From NCBI GenBank assembly GCA_003554025.1, contig PWFC01000016.1:22129-86128 (forward strand): a stretch of DNA of 64,000 nucleotides, written 5' to 3'. Positions within the stretch are counted from its first letter, which is position 1; every line of letters begins with the position of its first letter. Position numbers and translations under genes: made by a program. The DNA is from Mollicutes bacterium. GTDB lineage: Bacteria; Bacillota_I; Bacilli_A; Izemoplasmatales; Izemoplasmataceae. Shown here piece after piece: positions 9,058 to 19,366 of this stretch. Below the pieces are notes generated by a model. The model worked only from the letters and a program-made list of their open reading frames with translations. It did no database searches and was not told where the DNA came from.

Positions 9058-10300
9058 ATTCTTCGTAAAGCGGATAGGTCTTAGTCAAGGTCTCTACCTG
9101 TCTTATGACTTCGCTTAGGACGTTCTCGTCTTCCGGGTTGCGAAGCGTGTCGTTGATGAGCTTTGCGACAACACGCATGGCGTCTTTGGTGAATCCGCGC
9201 GTCGTAAGAGCGGGCGTCCCCAAGCGAATGCCGCTTGTGATGAACGGCTTTTCGGTGTCGTTAGGAACGGTGTTCTTGTTGCAAGTGATGTTGACTTTTT
9301 CCAAAAGCGTTTCCGCGTCTTTTCCCGTAAGGCCTGTGGGGGTTTTGACATCGACAAGCACCAAGTGGTTGTCCGTGCCGCCACTGATGACTTTAAACCC
9401 AAGCTTCATGAGTTCATCGGCCAAAGCCTTGGCGTTTTCGATGACGCGCCGCTGATAATCCTTGAAATCCTCAGAGAGAGCTTCTTGGAACGCGGCGGCT
9501 TTCGCGGCGATGATGTGCATGAGCGGACCGCCCTGGATGCCTGGAAAAATGGTCTTGTTGATCTCTTTGTAAATGGTTTTGTCGTTGGTCAAAATGATGC
9601 CGCCTCGTGGTCCGCGAAGCGTCTTGTGCGTGGTCGAGGTAACAACGTGCGCGTAATCGCAGGGATTGTTGTGGAATCCTGCGGCCACCAACCCCGCGAT
9701 GTGGGCCATGTCCACCATGAGATACGCCCCTACTTCATCGGCGATTTCCCGGAATTTCTTGAAATCAATCTCGCGTGAATAGGCGCTGGCTCCGGCCACA
9801 ATGAGCGCGGGTTTGATTTCGTTGGCGAGCTTGCGCACTTCTTCGTAATCGATGGTTTCGTCTTGTTCGCTGACTCCATAGCTATGGAACTTGTAATCGA
9901 CGCCGCTGAAGTTAAGAGGGTGTCCGTGCGTCAAATGGCCCCCATGGTCGAGACTCATCCCAAGCACTTTGTCGCCGCTTTTTAAGACGGCCCTGTAGGC
10001 CCCCATATTCGCGGTCGAACCCGAATGGGCCTGCACGTTGGCGTATTTTACGTTAAAAAGCTGTTTCACGCGTTCGCGCGCAAGGTTTTCCACCGTGTCG
10101 ACATGCTTGCATCCTCCGTAGTAGCGTTTTTTGGGGTAGCCTTCGGCGTATTTGTTTGTGAGGATGCTCCCGTCGGCTTCTAAAACGGCTTTGGACACGA
10201 AGTTTTCACTGGCAATAAGTTCTAGGTGCCCTTCCTGCCGTTCTTTTTCTAAGTTCATAGCTTCATAAAGTTCTTTGTCTTGCTTTTTCAATGTTTCCAT
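9056..10300 (-). CDS. glyA: serine hydroxymethyltransferase
   Basis: The start is taken at [15 protein letters not shown], an internal Met of ORF 9056-10354. SHMT family with a PLP-lysine region. Confidence 0.9.
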   Translation of the reverse strand: METLKKQDKELYEAMNLEKERQEGHLELIASENFVSKAVLEADGSILTNKYAEGYPKKRYYGGCKHVDTVENLARERVKQLFNVKYANVQAHSGSTANMGAYRAVLKSGDKVLGMSLDHGGHLTHGHPLNFSGVDYKFHSYGVSEQDETIDYEEVRKLANEIKPALIVAGASAYSREIDFKKFREIADEVGAYLMVDMAHIAGLVAAGFHNNPCDYAHVVTSTTHKTLRGPRGGIILTNDKTIYKEINKTIFPGIQGGPLMHIIAAKAAAFQEALSEDFKDYQRRVIENAKALADELMKLGFKVISGGTDNHLVLVDVKTPTGLTGKDAETLLEKVNITCNKNTVPNDTEKPFITSGIRLGTPALTTRGFTKDAMRVVAKLINDTLRNPEDENVLSEVIRQVETLTKTYPLYEE

Positions 10301-10962
10301 TATTGTCCTCCTTTTTGAATACGGGGTTTGACGTAACGGCGGTTGAGTCCCCATATGGTTGCAATACCCAACGCCAAAAAGATGAGTATGAGGATGCCGC
10401 TAACCATCCAAAAGGCTTGGGGAAGAAGCTGTATCAAGGCGTCATCGGGGGAAAGCTGCCATTTTCTTTCTTCATCGAAAAAGAAGAAAAATTCATGGAA
10501 AAAGACAAAGAGGCTGCCAAAATCGATCAACAACCACCCGCCGATAAACACGATGAAGAAGGTGGGAAAGTAAAACAGGTCACGAAACGTCTCATAAAAG
10601 TATCTTTTGGACTTTCGCCACATCAAAACCGCAAAGAAAGCGGTGAGCAATAGGCCGACGCCCGCAAGAATACGAAGCGTGGTGTAAACCGAACGCACGT
10701 CTTCCATGTGCACAATCTCTCGTTCTCGAAGAAGAGTCCCGTCATCCTCTTCGTTTGCGCCGAATGTCAAATCGTCGCTGCGATAGTTTAGATAACGGAT
10801 CAATTGCCGGCTAACATAAGAATGGTCGAACTCTATGTTCTCATGCGATGCGTAAAGGCCTTCGGAAAGACGCATGTATGGCATGCTTGTCAGAAGCGAA
10901 GCGCCAAGCACGACAAGTATCACCGGCACGAAAAACCAAATCAAAGCCCTCATGAGTTTCAT
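10300..10962 (-). CDS. integral membrane protein (DUF1461/TIGR01906-like)
   Basis: 220 aa with 4 predicted TM helices. Its stop overlaps the glyA start, indicating translational coupling. Confidence 0.55.
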   Translation of the reverse strand: MKLMRALIWFFVPVILVVLGASLLTSMPYMRLSEGLYASHENIEFDHSYVSRQLIRYLNYRSDDLTFGANEEDDGTLLREREIVHMEDVRSVYTTLRILAGVGLLLTAFFAVLMWRKSKRYFYETFRDLFYFPTFFIVFIGGWLLIDFGSLFVFFHEFFFFFDEERKWQLSPDDALIQLLPQAFWMVSGILILIFLALGIATIWGLNRRYVKPRIQKGGQ

Positions 10963-11022
10963 CGAATCACCCCTTCAAGGGCTTGTGAGGCATGAGGAAA
11001 AGTGAGCCTTTGAGACTCACTT

Positions 11023-11877
11023 TTATCGTTTGCCTTCCAATATTTCAAAACATTCGAGCGTATTCTCCAGCAAAGAAGCGATGGTCATTGGTCCAACACC
11101 GCCCGGGACGGGCGGGATGTAGGAAGCTTTGTCCTTCAACCCTTCAAAATCGACATCGCCGATGAGTTTTCCTTCGACGCGGTTGATGCCGACGTCGATG
11201 ACGACGACGCCTTCTTTTACCATATCCGGCGTCACTAGATTGGGGACTCCGGCGGCGGCGACGATGATGTCGGCCTCTTTGGCGTGTTTTTTCAAGTCGC
11301 GGGTTTTGGAGTGCGCGATGGTGACGGTCGCTTTTTCCTCGAGCAAAAGCATCGCGATGGGTTTGCCGGCGATGTTGCTGCACCCGATTACGAACGCCTC
11401 TTGGCCGACCAAATCGATGCCGGCGCTTTTTAGCATTGTCATAACGCCTTTTGGGGTGGCGGGGACGATGCCGTGTTCGCCGGTATGGATGGCGGCGATG
11501 TTTAAGGGATGGAACCCGTCGACGTCTTTGTCTTTGCGAATGGTGTTGATGACGATGTTTTCATTGATATGGTCGGGCAGAGGCAGCTGAACGAGTAAGC
11601 CGTGCACGTCGTTGTCATCATTTAGCCGCTGCACCAAATCGATGAGTTCTTTCTCGGTAATGTCGGTGTCTTTATGGATAATGGTGCTTTTCATCCCGGC
11701 GCGTTCACAGTCGCGTTTTTTTCTTTTCACGTAAGATTGGCTTGCGGGGTTGTCCCCCACCAATATGACCACTAGGTGCGGAACTTTTCCGTATTGTTCT
11801 TTGATGTCCGCGACGCGGTCGGTGACTTTTGCGCGGATGTCTTTGGCTAGTTGTTTGCCGTCAATGATTTCGGCCAT
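11023..11877 (-). CDS. folD: bifunctional methylene-THF dehydrogenase/methenyl-THF cyclohydrolase
   Basis: 284 aa. FolD family (…YVKRKKRDCERAGM…, NAD(P)-binding GxGxxG). Confidence 0.9.
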   Translation of the reverse strand: MAEIIDGKQLAKDIRAKVTDRVADIKEQYGKVPHLVVILVGDNPASQSYVKRKKRDCERAGMKSTIIHKDTDITEKELIDLVQRLNDDNDVHGLLVQLPLPDHINENIVINTIRKDKDVDGFHPLNIAAIHTGEHGIVPATPKGVMTMLKSAGIDLVGQEAFVIGCSNIAGKPIAMLLLEEKATVTIAHSKTRDLKKHAKEADIIVAAAGVPNLVTPDMVKEGVVVIDVGINRVEGKLIGDVDFEGLKDKASYIPPVPGGVGPMTIASLLENTLECFEILEGKR

Positions 11878-11881
11878 GGTG

Positions 11882-12403
11882 TTACGCTCCTTTCATACGG
11901 TAGGAATCGACGATTTCTCCGTAAAACATGATATGGGTGTCGTGGTTCGGGTAATAGCGCTCTTTTATTTTTTCGTCGATCAGAGCGGGTTCTTGGGATT
12001 GTTGGTAGATCATCTTGCATTCATACTGCAACGCGCATTCGGCGATAATCGGACTTTTGACTTTTCGCCCCGGTTTCAAAGTGAGGTTCGCCTCTTTGAA
12101 CTTGTCGATGTCGCGTCCGGATTTGGTCCCGGCGATTTTCAGGGCTTCTTGCATGGTGCCCTCGGCGGGAACGTTGATCGTATAGTCTTCCGCGTTTAAA
12201 AGAACATCGTAGGTGAAACGCGAATAGCGAACGTAGGCGATGAAAACAGGCCGCCCCCATATCACGCCGATATGCCCCCATGCGACAGTCATGGTGTTCG
12301 TAGTGCCGTCTTTGGCGCGGGTGGTTATGAAGACGCCTTTGGGAAGTTGGCGCAAAAACAGTTCGCTGTGTTCGTGAAAACGTTCATGATAAGCCTCAAT
12401 CAT
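11882..12403 (-). CDS. flavin reductase-like (FMN-binding split-barrel) protein
   Basis: 173 aa with the family-typical TMTVAWG motif. Confidence 0.6.
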   Translation of the reverse strand: MIEAYHERFHEHSELFLRQLPKGVFITTRAKDGTTNTMTVAWGHIGVIWGRPVFIAYVRYSRFTYDVLLNAEDYTINVPAEGTMQEALKIAGTKSGRDIDKFKEANLTLKPGRKVKSPIIAECALQYECKMIYQQSQEPALIDEKIKERYYPNHDTHIMFYGEIVDSYRMKGA

Positions 12404-12407
12404 ACAA

Positions 12408-13910
12408 TCACTCCTTGCCGTTTAGATACAGTTCGCTGTATTTTTCTTTCAAATAGCGAATGTAGTGTTTGGGGTTGAACGGTTCGCCCGTAACCCGCTT
12501 GAGGATTTCTTTCGGAGTCATGCTCTTTCCAAAACAATGGATGTTTTGCTGCAGCCATTTGTTGATGGCTTCAATGTCGTTGTCTTTGACAAGTTTGTCA
12601 AAGTCCAGTTGTTCACGCATGGCGTAATAAATCTGTGCGGAATAGGCGCTGCCTAAAGCGTACGTGGGGAAATACCCCATCATCCCGGCGCTCCAATGGA
12701 CGTCTTGCAGGATGCCTTGGGCGTCGTCTTCCACCTCTAAGTTCAAATATTGCTTCATTTTCTTGTTCCAAAGAGCGGGAAGGTCGTCGACTTCGACTTC
12801 GTCTTCGAAAATCATGCGCTCGATTTCGTAGCGAATTAAAATATGCAAAGGATACGTCAACTCGTCGGCTTCGACGCGGATAAAAGTTTCATCGACACGG
12901 TTGATGCCCTTGTAGAAATCGTCGAGACTGACGTTTTTAAGTTGTGGTGAAAACATCGACTGCAGTTTAGGGTAATGCGCTTCCCAAAACATTCGGCTCC
13001 TGCCGATCATGTTTTCGTAAAAGCGGGATTGGGATTCATGGATGCCCATGGACGCACCGCTTTTGAGATTGGTCATGTCGAACATGTCGTCGATTTGCTG
13101 TTCGTATAAAGCATGGCCCAATTCGTGAATGGCGGCAAAGATTGAGGAGAAAACATAATTCTCAAGATAACGGACCGTGAAGCGGACGTCTTTGGAATGC
13201 GTATTCCAAGTGAAAGGATGGACGCTTTCTTTCAAAAGGCCCTTGTCGTAGTCGAAACCGAAAACCCCCATTAAATATTCCACGAATTCTTTTTGCTTGT
13301 CTTTGGGGTATTTTGCGGTGATAAACGAGGGCATTTCGTCGTCTTTGACGGCGAGAATTTTTTTCACAAAGGGAACAAGCTCCTCTTTGACGGTCTTAAA
13401 AAACTCGTCGTATTTCTCGATGGTCATGTCTTCTTCAAAGTCGTCAAGCAGCACATTGTAGGGATGTTCGTCGGGGTTTCGATATTTGGCGATTTTCTTT
13501 TTGAATTTAATGATTTTTTCCAAATACGGTTTGAAATGGTTGAAATCGCTGTTTTCTTTCGCTTCTTCCCATTCTCTTTGCGACATGTTGACCAATTTGG
13601 AGTACTCGACAAAATCCTTTTTGGGAATCTTGTCGATTTTGTCCAAATCCTTTTTGGCTTTGCGAATCTCTTTTTGTTGAATGTCGTTCAAATCGTCCAT
13701 GTTTTCATAAAGGGCGTTGACGACTTTTTTATATTCGTCGCCGGTTTGCATGGAGAAGTACTCGCCGCTGACGATAGAAAGCATCTCCGAACGGTACGGG
13801 AAACACGCTTTCGGGGCCTCGGTGTTCGAGTCCCACGATGCGATGCCCAAAACAAGCTGATACGCTTTTTGTTTCTTTTGAATCGCTTTGAAGCTTTCAA
13901 AATCGCTCAT
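12408..13910 (-). CDS. M32 carboxypeptidase (Taq-type metallocarboxypeptidase)
   Basis: 500 aa with HELGHALYE (HExxH), HESQSRFYEN and IRVEADE motifs. Confidence 0.8.
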   Translation of the reverse strand: MSDFESFKAIQKKQKAYQLVLGIASWDSNTEAPKACFPYRSEMLSIVSGEYFSMQTGDEYKKVVNALYENMDDLNDIQQKEIRKAKKDLDKIDKIPKKDFVEYSKLVNMSQREWEEAKENSDFNHFKPYLEKIIKFKKKIAKYRNPDEHPYNVLLDDFEEDMTIEKYDEFFKTVKEELVPFVKKILAVKDDEMPSFITAKYPKDKQKEFVEYLMGVFGFDYDKGLLKESVHPFTWNTHSKDVRFTVRYLENYVFSSIFAAIHELGHALYEQQIDDMFDMTNLKSGASMGIHESQSRFYENMIGRSRMFWEAHYPKLQSMFSPQLKNVSLDDFYKGINRVDETFIRVEADELTYPLHILIRYEIERMIFEDEVEVDDLPALWNKKMKQYLNLEVEDDAQGILQDVHWSAGMMGYFPTYALGSAYSAQIYYAMREQLDFDKLVKDNDIEAINKWLQQNIHCFGKSMTPKEILKRVTGEPFNPKHYIRYLKEKYSELYLNGKE

Positions 13911-13935
13911 GGTTTCGTCTCCTTTTTATCGTGGA

Positions 13936-15609
13936 TTAGAAAAGGCCTTTCGCGTTTCCGTCTTCGTCGATGTCCATGTCTTCGGCCGCCGGTCTTTTGG
14001 GCAATCCGGGCATGGTCATCATCTGTCCGGTCAATGCGACAATGAAGCCTGCACCGATTGAAGGGCTCAATTCGCGGACGGTGATGGTGAAGTCTTTCGG
14101 ACGTCCGTATTCTTTCGGGTCGTCTGTAAGGGACATTTGCGTTTTCGCCATACACACCTGCAGATTGTCCCAGCCTTCGCGTTTGTAACGGCGCAACTGG
14201 TTGCGGGCTTTTTTGGCGAAATTGACGTCTTTGGCTCCATACACACGCGTTGCGATCGCTTTGATTTTGTCTTCAAGCGAATCATCGTTTTCGTAAAGAC
14301 GTTTGAAGGTCTTCGTATTGTTTTCGATTTGGTCGAGTACTTTGTTTGCGAGGTCGATTGCGCCATCGCCGCCTTCGGCCCATACTTTGGAAATTGAATA
14401 GGGGTGGTTGTTTTGTTCAAGCCATTCGGTCAAAGCGGAAATTTCGCGTTCGGTGTCGTTGACGAAATGGTTGATGGCAACGGTGTAAGGCAGATTGAAT
14501 TCCTGAATGGTTTCAAGGTGTTTCTCAAGGTTCTCGATGCCTTTCTTCAAGGCTTCCACGTTTTCTTCGCCCAAATCGTCCTTCTTGACGCCGCCATGCA
14601 TCTTTAACGCGCGGATGGTGCTGACTATGACCACGGCGCTTGGGTCGAATCCGGCTTGACGAGATTTGATGTTCATGAATTTTTCAAGGCCCAAGTCCGC
14701 GCCGAATCCGGCTTCGGTGATGACGTAATCGGCAAGTTTCCGCCCCATATTGGTAGCGATTATGCTATTACAACCGTGGGCGATGTTCGCAAACGGGCCG
14801 CCGTGAACCAAAGCGGGAGTGTTTTCCAAGGTTTGCACAAGGTTCGGCTTAACGGCGTCACGCAATATCAAAGTGACGGCGCCTTCGGCGTTGATGTCGC
14901 CAACGGTGACAACCTTGCGGTCGTAGGTATATCCGATCACAATGCGACGGATGCGTTCTTTCAAATCGTGGATGTCTCTTGCAAGGCATAAAACCGCCAT
15001 GATTTCAGAAGCGACACTGATGTTGAACCCATCTTCACGAGGGAGAGAGTTGCCAACGCCACCAAGTCCGATGGTAACTTGGCGAAGAGCGCGGTCGTTC
15101 ATGTCCAAAGCCCGTTTCCAAGTAATCCGTCTCGGGTCAATGTTTAGCTTGTTGCCCTGGTGGATATGATTGTCGATCATAGCGGCAATCGCGTTTGTGG
15201 CCGTCGTAACCGCGTGGATGTCTCCGGTAAAATGCAGATTCAAATCCTCCATGGGCACGACTTGAGCGTGGCCGCCTCCTGCGGCTCCGCCTTTTACGCC
15301 CATCACGGGGCCGAACGACGGTTCACGAAGGGCGACAATTGCATTCTTGCCAACTTTTTTAAACGCTTGACCCAACCCGACGGTGGTGGTGGATTTCCCT
15401 TCTCCTGCGGGCGTTGGGTTAATGGCGGTGACAAGGACGACTTTCCCCTCTTTTTTGTCTTGAAACCTTTTTTGTGCTTCGAGACGAACTTTGGCTTTAT
15501 AGTTGCCATAGCGTTCGATGTCTTCTTCTTGAAGGCCTAATTCTTTCGCAATCGTCCCGATGTCTTTCATTTTTGCCTGTTGGGCAATCTTAAGGTCTTT
15601 GTTTTCCAT
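13936..15609 (-). CDS. fhs: formate--tetrahydrofolate ligase
   Basis: The start is taken at [10 protein letters not shown], preceded by a GGAGGA SD that lies inside the longer ORF. It has the [13 protein letters not shown]-loop. Confidence 0.9.
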   Translation of the reverse strand: MENKDLKIAQQAKMKDIGTIAKELGLQEEDIERYGNYKAKVRLEAQKRFQDKKEGKVVLVTAINPTPAGEGKSTTTVGLGQAFKKVGKNAIVALREPSFGPVMGVKGGAAGGGHAQVVPMEDLNLHFTGDIHAVTTATNAIAAMIDNHIHQGNKLNIDPRRITWKRALDMNDRALRQVTIGLGGVGNSLPREDGFNISVASEIMAVLCLARDIHDLKERIRRIVIGYTYDRKVVTVGDINAEGAVTLILRDAVKPNLVQTLENTPALVHGGPFANIAHGCNSIIATNMGRKLADYVITEAGFGADLGLEKFMNIKSRQAGFDPSAVVIVSTIRALKMHGGVKKDDLGEENVEALKKGIENLEKHLETIQEFNLPYTVAINHFVNDTEREISALTEWLEQNNHPYSISKVWAEGGDGAIDLANKVLDQIENNTKTFKRLYENDDSLEDKIKAIATRVYGAKDVNFAKKARNQLRRYKREGWDNLQVCMAKTQMSLTDDPKEYGRPKDFTITVRELSPSIGAGFIVALTGQMMTMPGLPKRPAAEDMDIDEDGNAKGLF

Positions 15610-15649
15610 ATGATAATCCTCCATTCATTATGCATAGTCTTTTTTTATT

Positions 15650-15685
15650 ATCACACATTTACCCTTTGTTTTCAATGCAAAAATA
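15650..15685 (-). promoter_or_regulatory. putative sigma-A promoter for fhs
   Basis: On the minus strand, TTGAAA, a 17-nt spacer, then GATAAT with an upstream TG. Confidence 0.4.
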
Positions 15686-15711
15686 AAACGCTTCCATAAT
15701 CACCCCTATCG

Positions 15712-15735
15712 CTTTGAAAGGCGATGGTGTATAAT
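15712..15735 (+). promoter_or_regulatory. putative promoter of aro operon
   Basis: TATAAT at 15730-15735 with an adjacent upstream TG. A TTGAAA lies upstream but the spacer is short. Confidence 0.35.
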
Positions 15736-15777
15736 GGAAATGTGGCTTGAATTCAGTCTTTCAAAGGAGTTTTCACA

Positions 15778-17049
15778 ATGCCCTACGACGTTCTCATATA
15801 CCCTTCTACTTTGACAGGAAGAATTAGAATTCCCCCTTCAAAAAGTCTCTTGCATAGGGCGATTATTTGCGCGGCTCTTAGTCCGGGAAAGAGCTTGATT
15901 GAGCCCTATTACGAAAGCGAAGATATCCGTGCGACGCTATGCGCCATCGAAGCGTTCGGCGCGAAATATAAAGTGCGCAACGACGTTTTAATCGTCAAGG
16001 GCCGTGCGAAATGGAAGCCGCCGAAAAAGAACATCCATGTCAACGCTTCAGCCTCCACCCTGCGTTTTTTCATCCCCCTTGCATTGCTTGTGGGCAAGAA
16101 AACCGTCTTCACTATGGACGAGACGCTTGCCAAAAGACCGTTGGAACCGTTTAAACAACTCTTTGGGGACGCTTTGAAACAAGAGGGCACTACCTTGGTT
16201 GTCAACGGGCAACTCAAACCTGGGGATTATCGGATAGACGCCACCCTCAGCTCTCAATTTGTGAGCGGTCTTCTATTCGCCCTACCGCTACTAAAAGACG
16301 CTTCAAAGTTGTATGTGGAACGAGCCGTTTCGCGCCCGTATGTGAATTTAACCTTGCAATCTTTGCGCGCTTCCGGCGTCAAAATCATTGAAGAAAACGA
16401 CGGATTCGCGATTCCCGGGCATCAGCGATACCGGCGCGGGACCCACGCAATTGAGGGCGATTATTCGCAAGCGGCCTTTTTTCTGGTCGCCGGGCTTTTT
16501 CATCCGGGCATCGAAGTCTTTCCGTTGCCAAGCAAAACCTTTCAAGCCGATGAGGCCATCGTAGATTTTATACGCAACTCGGGTGGGAAAATCATTCATA
16601 CGGAAAACGGATACAAAACCAGCCAATCCAAAACAACGGGGTTTACCGCCAATATCGGACACTCTCCGGATTTAGCGCCTCCATTGGCTCTTTTAGGGAC
16701 CTTATCACGAGAAGAGACCGTCATTGAAAACATCGTTCGATTGCGATTGAAGGAATCCGACCGTGTCGAAGCCGTCGTGACAAGTCTCAAACGCCTCGGC
16801 GCAGCCGCCACACAGGCGCATGACGCCATCATCCTCAAAGAAATTTCCTCTTTGTCGGGTGGTGTGGACATCGATGCGTGCAACGACCATCGAATCGCCA
16901 TGATGATTGCCTTCGCCAGCACATTGGCCGATAACCCGGTTCGCATCAAAAACGCCCAATGCGTGGACAAATCTTACCCGGATTTCTTCGAGGATTTGCG
17001 GTCGCTTGGAGGAAATCTCACGATAGAGGATGAAAAACATGGTCATTGA
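15778..17049 (+). CDS. aroA: 3-phosphoshikimate 1-carboxyvinyltransferase (EPSP synthase)
   Basis: 423 aa. EPSP synthase family (LGNAG-equivalent N-terminus, PSKS…). Confidence 0.9.
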   Translation: MPYDVLIYPSTLTGRIRIPPSKSLLHRAIICAALSPGKSLIEPYYESEDIRATLCAIEAFGAKYKVRNDVLIVKGRAKWKPPKKNIHVNASASTLRFFIPLALLVGKKTVFTMDETLAKRPLEPFKQLFGDALKQEGTTLVVNGQLKPGDYRIDATLSSQFVSGLLFALPLLKDASKLYVERAVSRPYVNLTLQSLRASGVKIIEENDGFAIPGHQRYRRGTHAIEGDYSQAAFFLVAGLFHPGIEVFPLPSKTFQADEAIVDFIRNSGGKIIHTENGYKTSQSKTTGFTANIGHSPDLAPPLALLGTLSREETVIENIVRLRLKESDRVEAVVTSLKRLGAAATQAHDAIILKEISSLSGGVDIDACNDHRIAMMIAFASTLADNPVRIKNAQCVDKSYPDFFEDLRSLGGNLTIEDEKHGH

Positions 17050-18028
17050 AGTCAAGGGAATCGAACACTCCTATAAGGTTCATATCGAAAACGGCCTTCT
17101 TAACAACCTGCCGCTAAACAAAAGCAAACCCACTCTTCTTCTAAGCGATGACGGCGTTCCGAAAACCTACATAAAAACCGTTCAGCATACGCTCAATCCC
17201 GAAACAACCCACATCGTTGCCTCGGGAGAACGCGCAAAAAGCCTTGCGAATTATGAAGATTTGGTGCGTTCTATGGAAAAGAACGAACTGGGGCGTGATT
17301 GTCGAATCATCGCTTTGGGAGGCGGTGTCATCAACGATTTGGGGGGATTTGTGGCCGCAACCTATAAGCGCGGCGTTGAACTCGTATTAATCCCCACCAC
17401 GCTCCTTGCGATGGCGGACGCTTCAATCGGGGGCAAGTTCGCATTAAACACCAATGCCTCAAAGAACACAATAGGTACGTTTTACACACCTTCACACGTC
17501 TTCATCGACCCCGAGACACTGGATTCGCTTCCTCAAAAACATCTGGCAAACGGCATGGCGGAAATTCTCAAAATTGCTTTGGTCCGTGATGCCAAATTGT
17601 ATGAAAAACTGTGCCATGGCGTCTCTTTCAAAGATGCCTCAATCATCCATAAAGCCATCACACTAAAAAAAGCGCTCGTCGAAAAAGATCCGCGCGACCA
17701 AAACAATCGCGCACTATTGAATTTCGGCCACACTTTCGGTCATGCCATCGAAACCGTAACTTCTTACGAGCATTTGCACGGCTATTGCATCGCAGCCGGC
17801 ATGAAAATTATGGCCAAAGGCAAATCGTATGAAAAAAGCCTTCACGACGTGTTAGAATTATACGGTTTGAACAAATACATTCGTTTCAACCGTGAAGAGG
17901 TGCTTCAACAAGTTCGATTCGACAAGAAACGAAGCGGGGGCCAAATGACCATCGTCGAAGTAAAAACACCTGGAAACGGCTTTTTAAAGCGAATTGATTT
18001 AAACGATTTAAGCGAATATTTGCAATGA
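17030..18028 (+). CDS. aroB: 3-dehydroquinate synthase
   Basis: 332 aa with the GGGVINDLGGF NAD-binding motif. It overlaps the aroA end by 20 nt. Confidence 0.9.
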   Translation: MKNMVIEVKGIEHSYKVHIENGLLNNLPLNKSKPTLLLSDDGVPKTYIKTVQHTLNPETTHIVASGERAKSLANYEDLVRSMEKNELGRDCRIIALGGGVINDLGGFVAATYKRGVELVLIPTTLLAMADASIGGKFALNTNASKNTIGTFYTPSHVFIDPETLDSLPQKHLANGMAEILKIALVRDAKLYEKLCHGVSFKDASIIHKAITLKKALVEKDPRDQNNRALLNFGHTFGHAIETVTSYEHLHGYCIAAGMKIMAKGKSYEKSLHDVLELYGLNKYIRFNREEVLQQVRFDKKRSGGQMTIVEVKTPGNGFLKRIDLNDLSEYLQ

Positions 18029-18040
18029 AAGGAGCGGCTT

Positions 18041-19126
18041 ATGAGCACATTCGGAAAAGCGATTGAAGTCAGCCTTTTCGGCGAAAGCCATGGCCCGGGG
18101 GTTGGCATCACCATCCACAATTTGCCCGGCGGCGTTGCAATCGATGAAAAGGCCCTTGCGCATAGTCTGAGACAGCGCAGCCCCAAACGCACGTATTCCA
18201 CATCCCGAAAAGAACCGGACGAATTTGCGATACAAAGCGGGGTTTTCAAAGGGAAAACAACCGGCGCGCCGTTGACGTTTTTCATCAAAAACAAGGCCCA
18301 AAAAAGCGAAGACTACACCGAAGGGCTCATTCGACCGGGGCACGCCGACTATCCGGCCTATATGCGTAGTGAACACTACGATTATCGAGGCGGTGGGCAT
18401 TTCTCCGGCCGATTGACCGCTCCGCTGGTTTTGCTTGGGGAAATATGCCGCACCCTCTTGGCTAAAAAAGGGATTCTCATTGCCTCGCAAATCTATCGCA
18501 TACACACGGTAAAAGGGCAATCTTTCCGTGATGAAGACGTTAATCGTGAAACCTTATATAGCCTCTTATCAAGCGATTTCCCAGTCCTTAGCAAAAAAGA
18601 TGGCCAACGGTTTGAAAAGAAACTGGCCGAACTGAGAAACGAAGGCGACAGTGGCGGCGGGATTGTCGAAACAATCGTCCGAGACGTTCCCGCAGGAATC
18701 GGCGAACCGTTCTTCGATTCTTTTGAGAGCTTGCTGTCCCATTTGATGTACTCCATCCCCGGGGTCAAGGGTGTCGCGTTTGGAGAGGGGTTCGATTTGG
18801 CTTCGAAAAAAGGCAGCGAAAGCAACGATTCGCTTCATTACGAGAATGGAAACGTCGTCTTCGAATCCAATCGGATGGGTGGCATTCAAGGCGGATTGTC
18901 AACGGGGGAAGACGTATGCTTTGAAACGGCGTTCAAACCAACGCCCACGCACCAAAAAGAACAAGCCACCGTGAACCTCAAAACCGAAAAAAACGTCAAG
19001 TGGCGGGGGAACACGCGCCACGACGGCTCCATCGTCCCAAGAGCCGTCCCCGTCATCAACGCTTTGACGGCATACGCCGTTGTCGAACTCATCGCAAGGA
19101 AGGAAGGGTGCCAATGGATGCTTTGA
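18041..19126 (+). CDS. aroC: chorismate synthase
   Basis: 361 aa with the N-terminal FGESHG motif. Confidence 0.9.
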   Translation: MSTFGKAIEVSLFGESHGPGVGITIHNLPGGVAIDEKALAHSLRQRSPKRTYSTSRKEPDEFAIQSGVFKGKTTGAPLTFFIKNKAQKSEDYTEGLIRPGHADYPAYMRSEHYDYRGGGHFSGRLTAPLVLLGEICRTLLAKKGILIASQIYRIHTVKGQSFRDEDVNRETLYSLLSSDFPVLSKKDGQRFEKKLAELRNEGDSGGGIVETIVRDVPAGIGEPFFDSFESLLSHLMYSIPGVKGVAFGEGFDLASKKGSESNDSLHYENGNVVFESNRMGGIQGGLSTGEDVCFETAFKPTPTHQKEQATVNLKTEKNVKWRGNTRHDGSIVPRAVPVINALTAYAVVELIARKEGCQWML

Positions 19127-19362
19127 AAACCTACCGAAAAGAAATCGACAACCTCGACGAAATACTGATGGAAACATTGGAGAAACGATTTGAAATCGCA
19201 AAAAAAATCAGAACGCACAAACAGACCCACAACCTTCCCATCACCGATTGCGACCGTGAAAACGCCATTTTCCAAAAAATCGATCGGAAAACTCATTCGG
19301 ACGCCTTAAAAACGGTCTATGAAACCATCTTGCAGGAAAGCAAACGCCTACAAAGGTTGTGA
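19114..19362 (+). CDS. chorismate mutase (AroQ class)
   Basis: 82 aa (MDALKTYRKEIDNLDEILMETLEKRF…) with the AroQ helical CM signature. The start overlaps the aroC stop. Confidence 0.7.
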   Translation: MDALKTYRKEIDNLDEILMETLEKRFEIAKKIRTHKQTHNLPITDCDRENAIFQKIDRKTHSDALKTVYETILQESKRLQRL

Positions 19363-19366
19363 TGGT

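Noticed and set aside
13293-14045. 250-aa + strand ORF overlapping the M32 carboxypeptidase and the fhs end
   Set aside because: It is antisense to two confidently identified genes. Its Phe/Val-rich translation fits a reverse-frame artefact.
15610-15624. Upstream ATG for fhs (MEDYHMENK…)
   Set aside because: The GGAGGA Shine-Dalgarno lies within those codons, 7 nt before the second ATG. The downstream start is much more likely.
19319-19366. Upstream ATG start for the aroE-aroK fusion, giving MKPSCRKANAYKGCDGV…
   Set aside because: That extension would overlap the chorismate-mutase reading frame by 44 nt and adds a non-conserved N-terminus. An in-frame GTG at 19367 yields the typical AroE start (M)YGLLGK. 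This is uncertain without proteomics.
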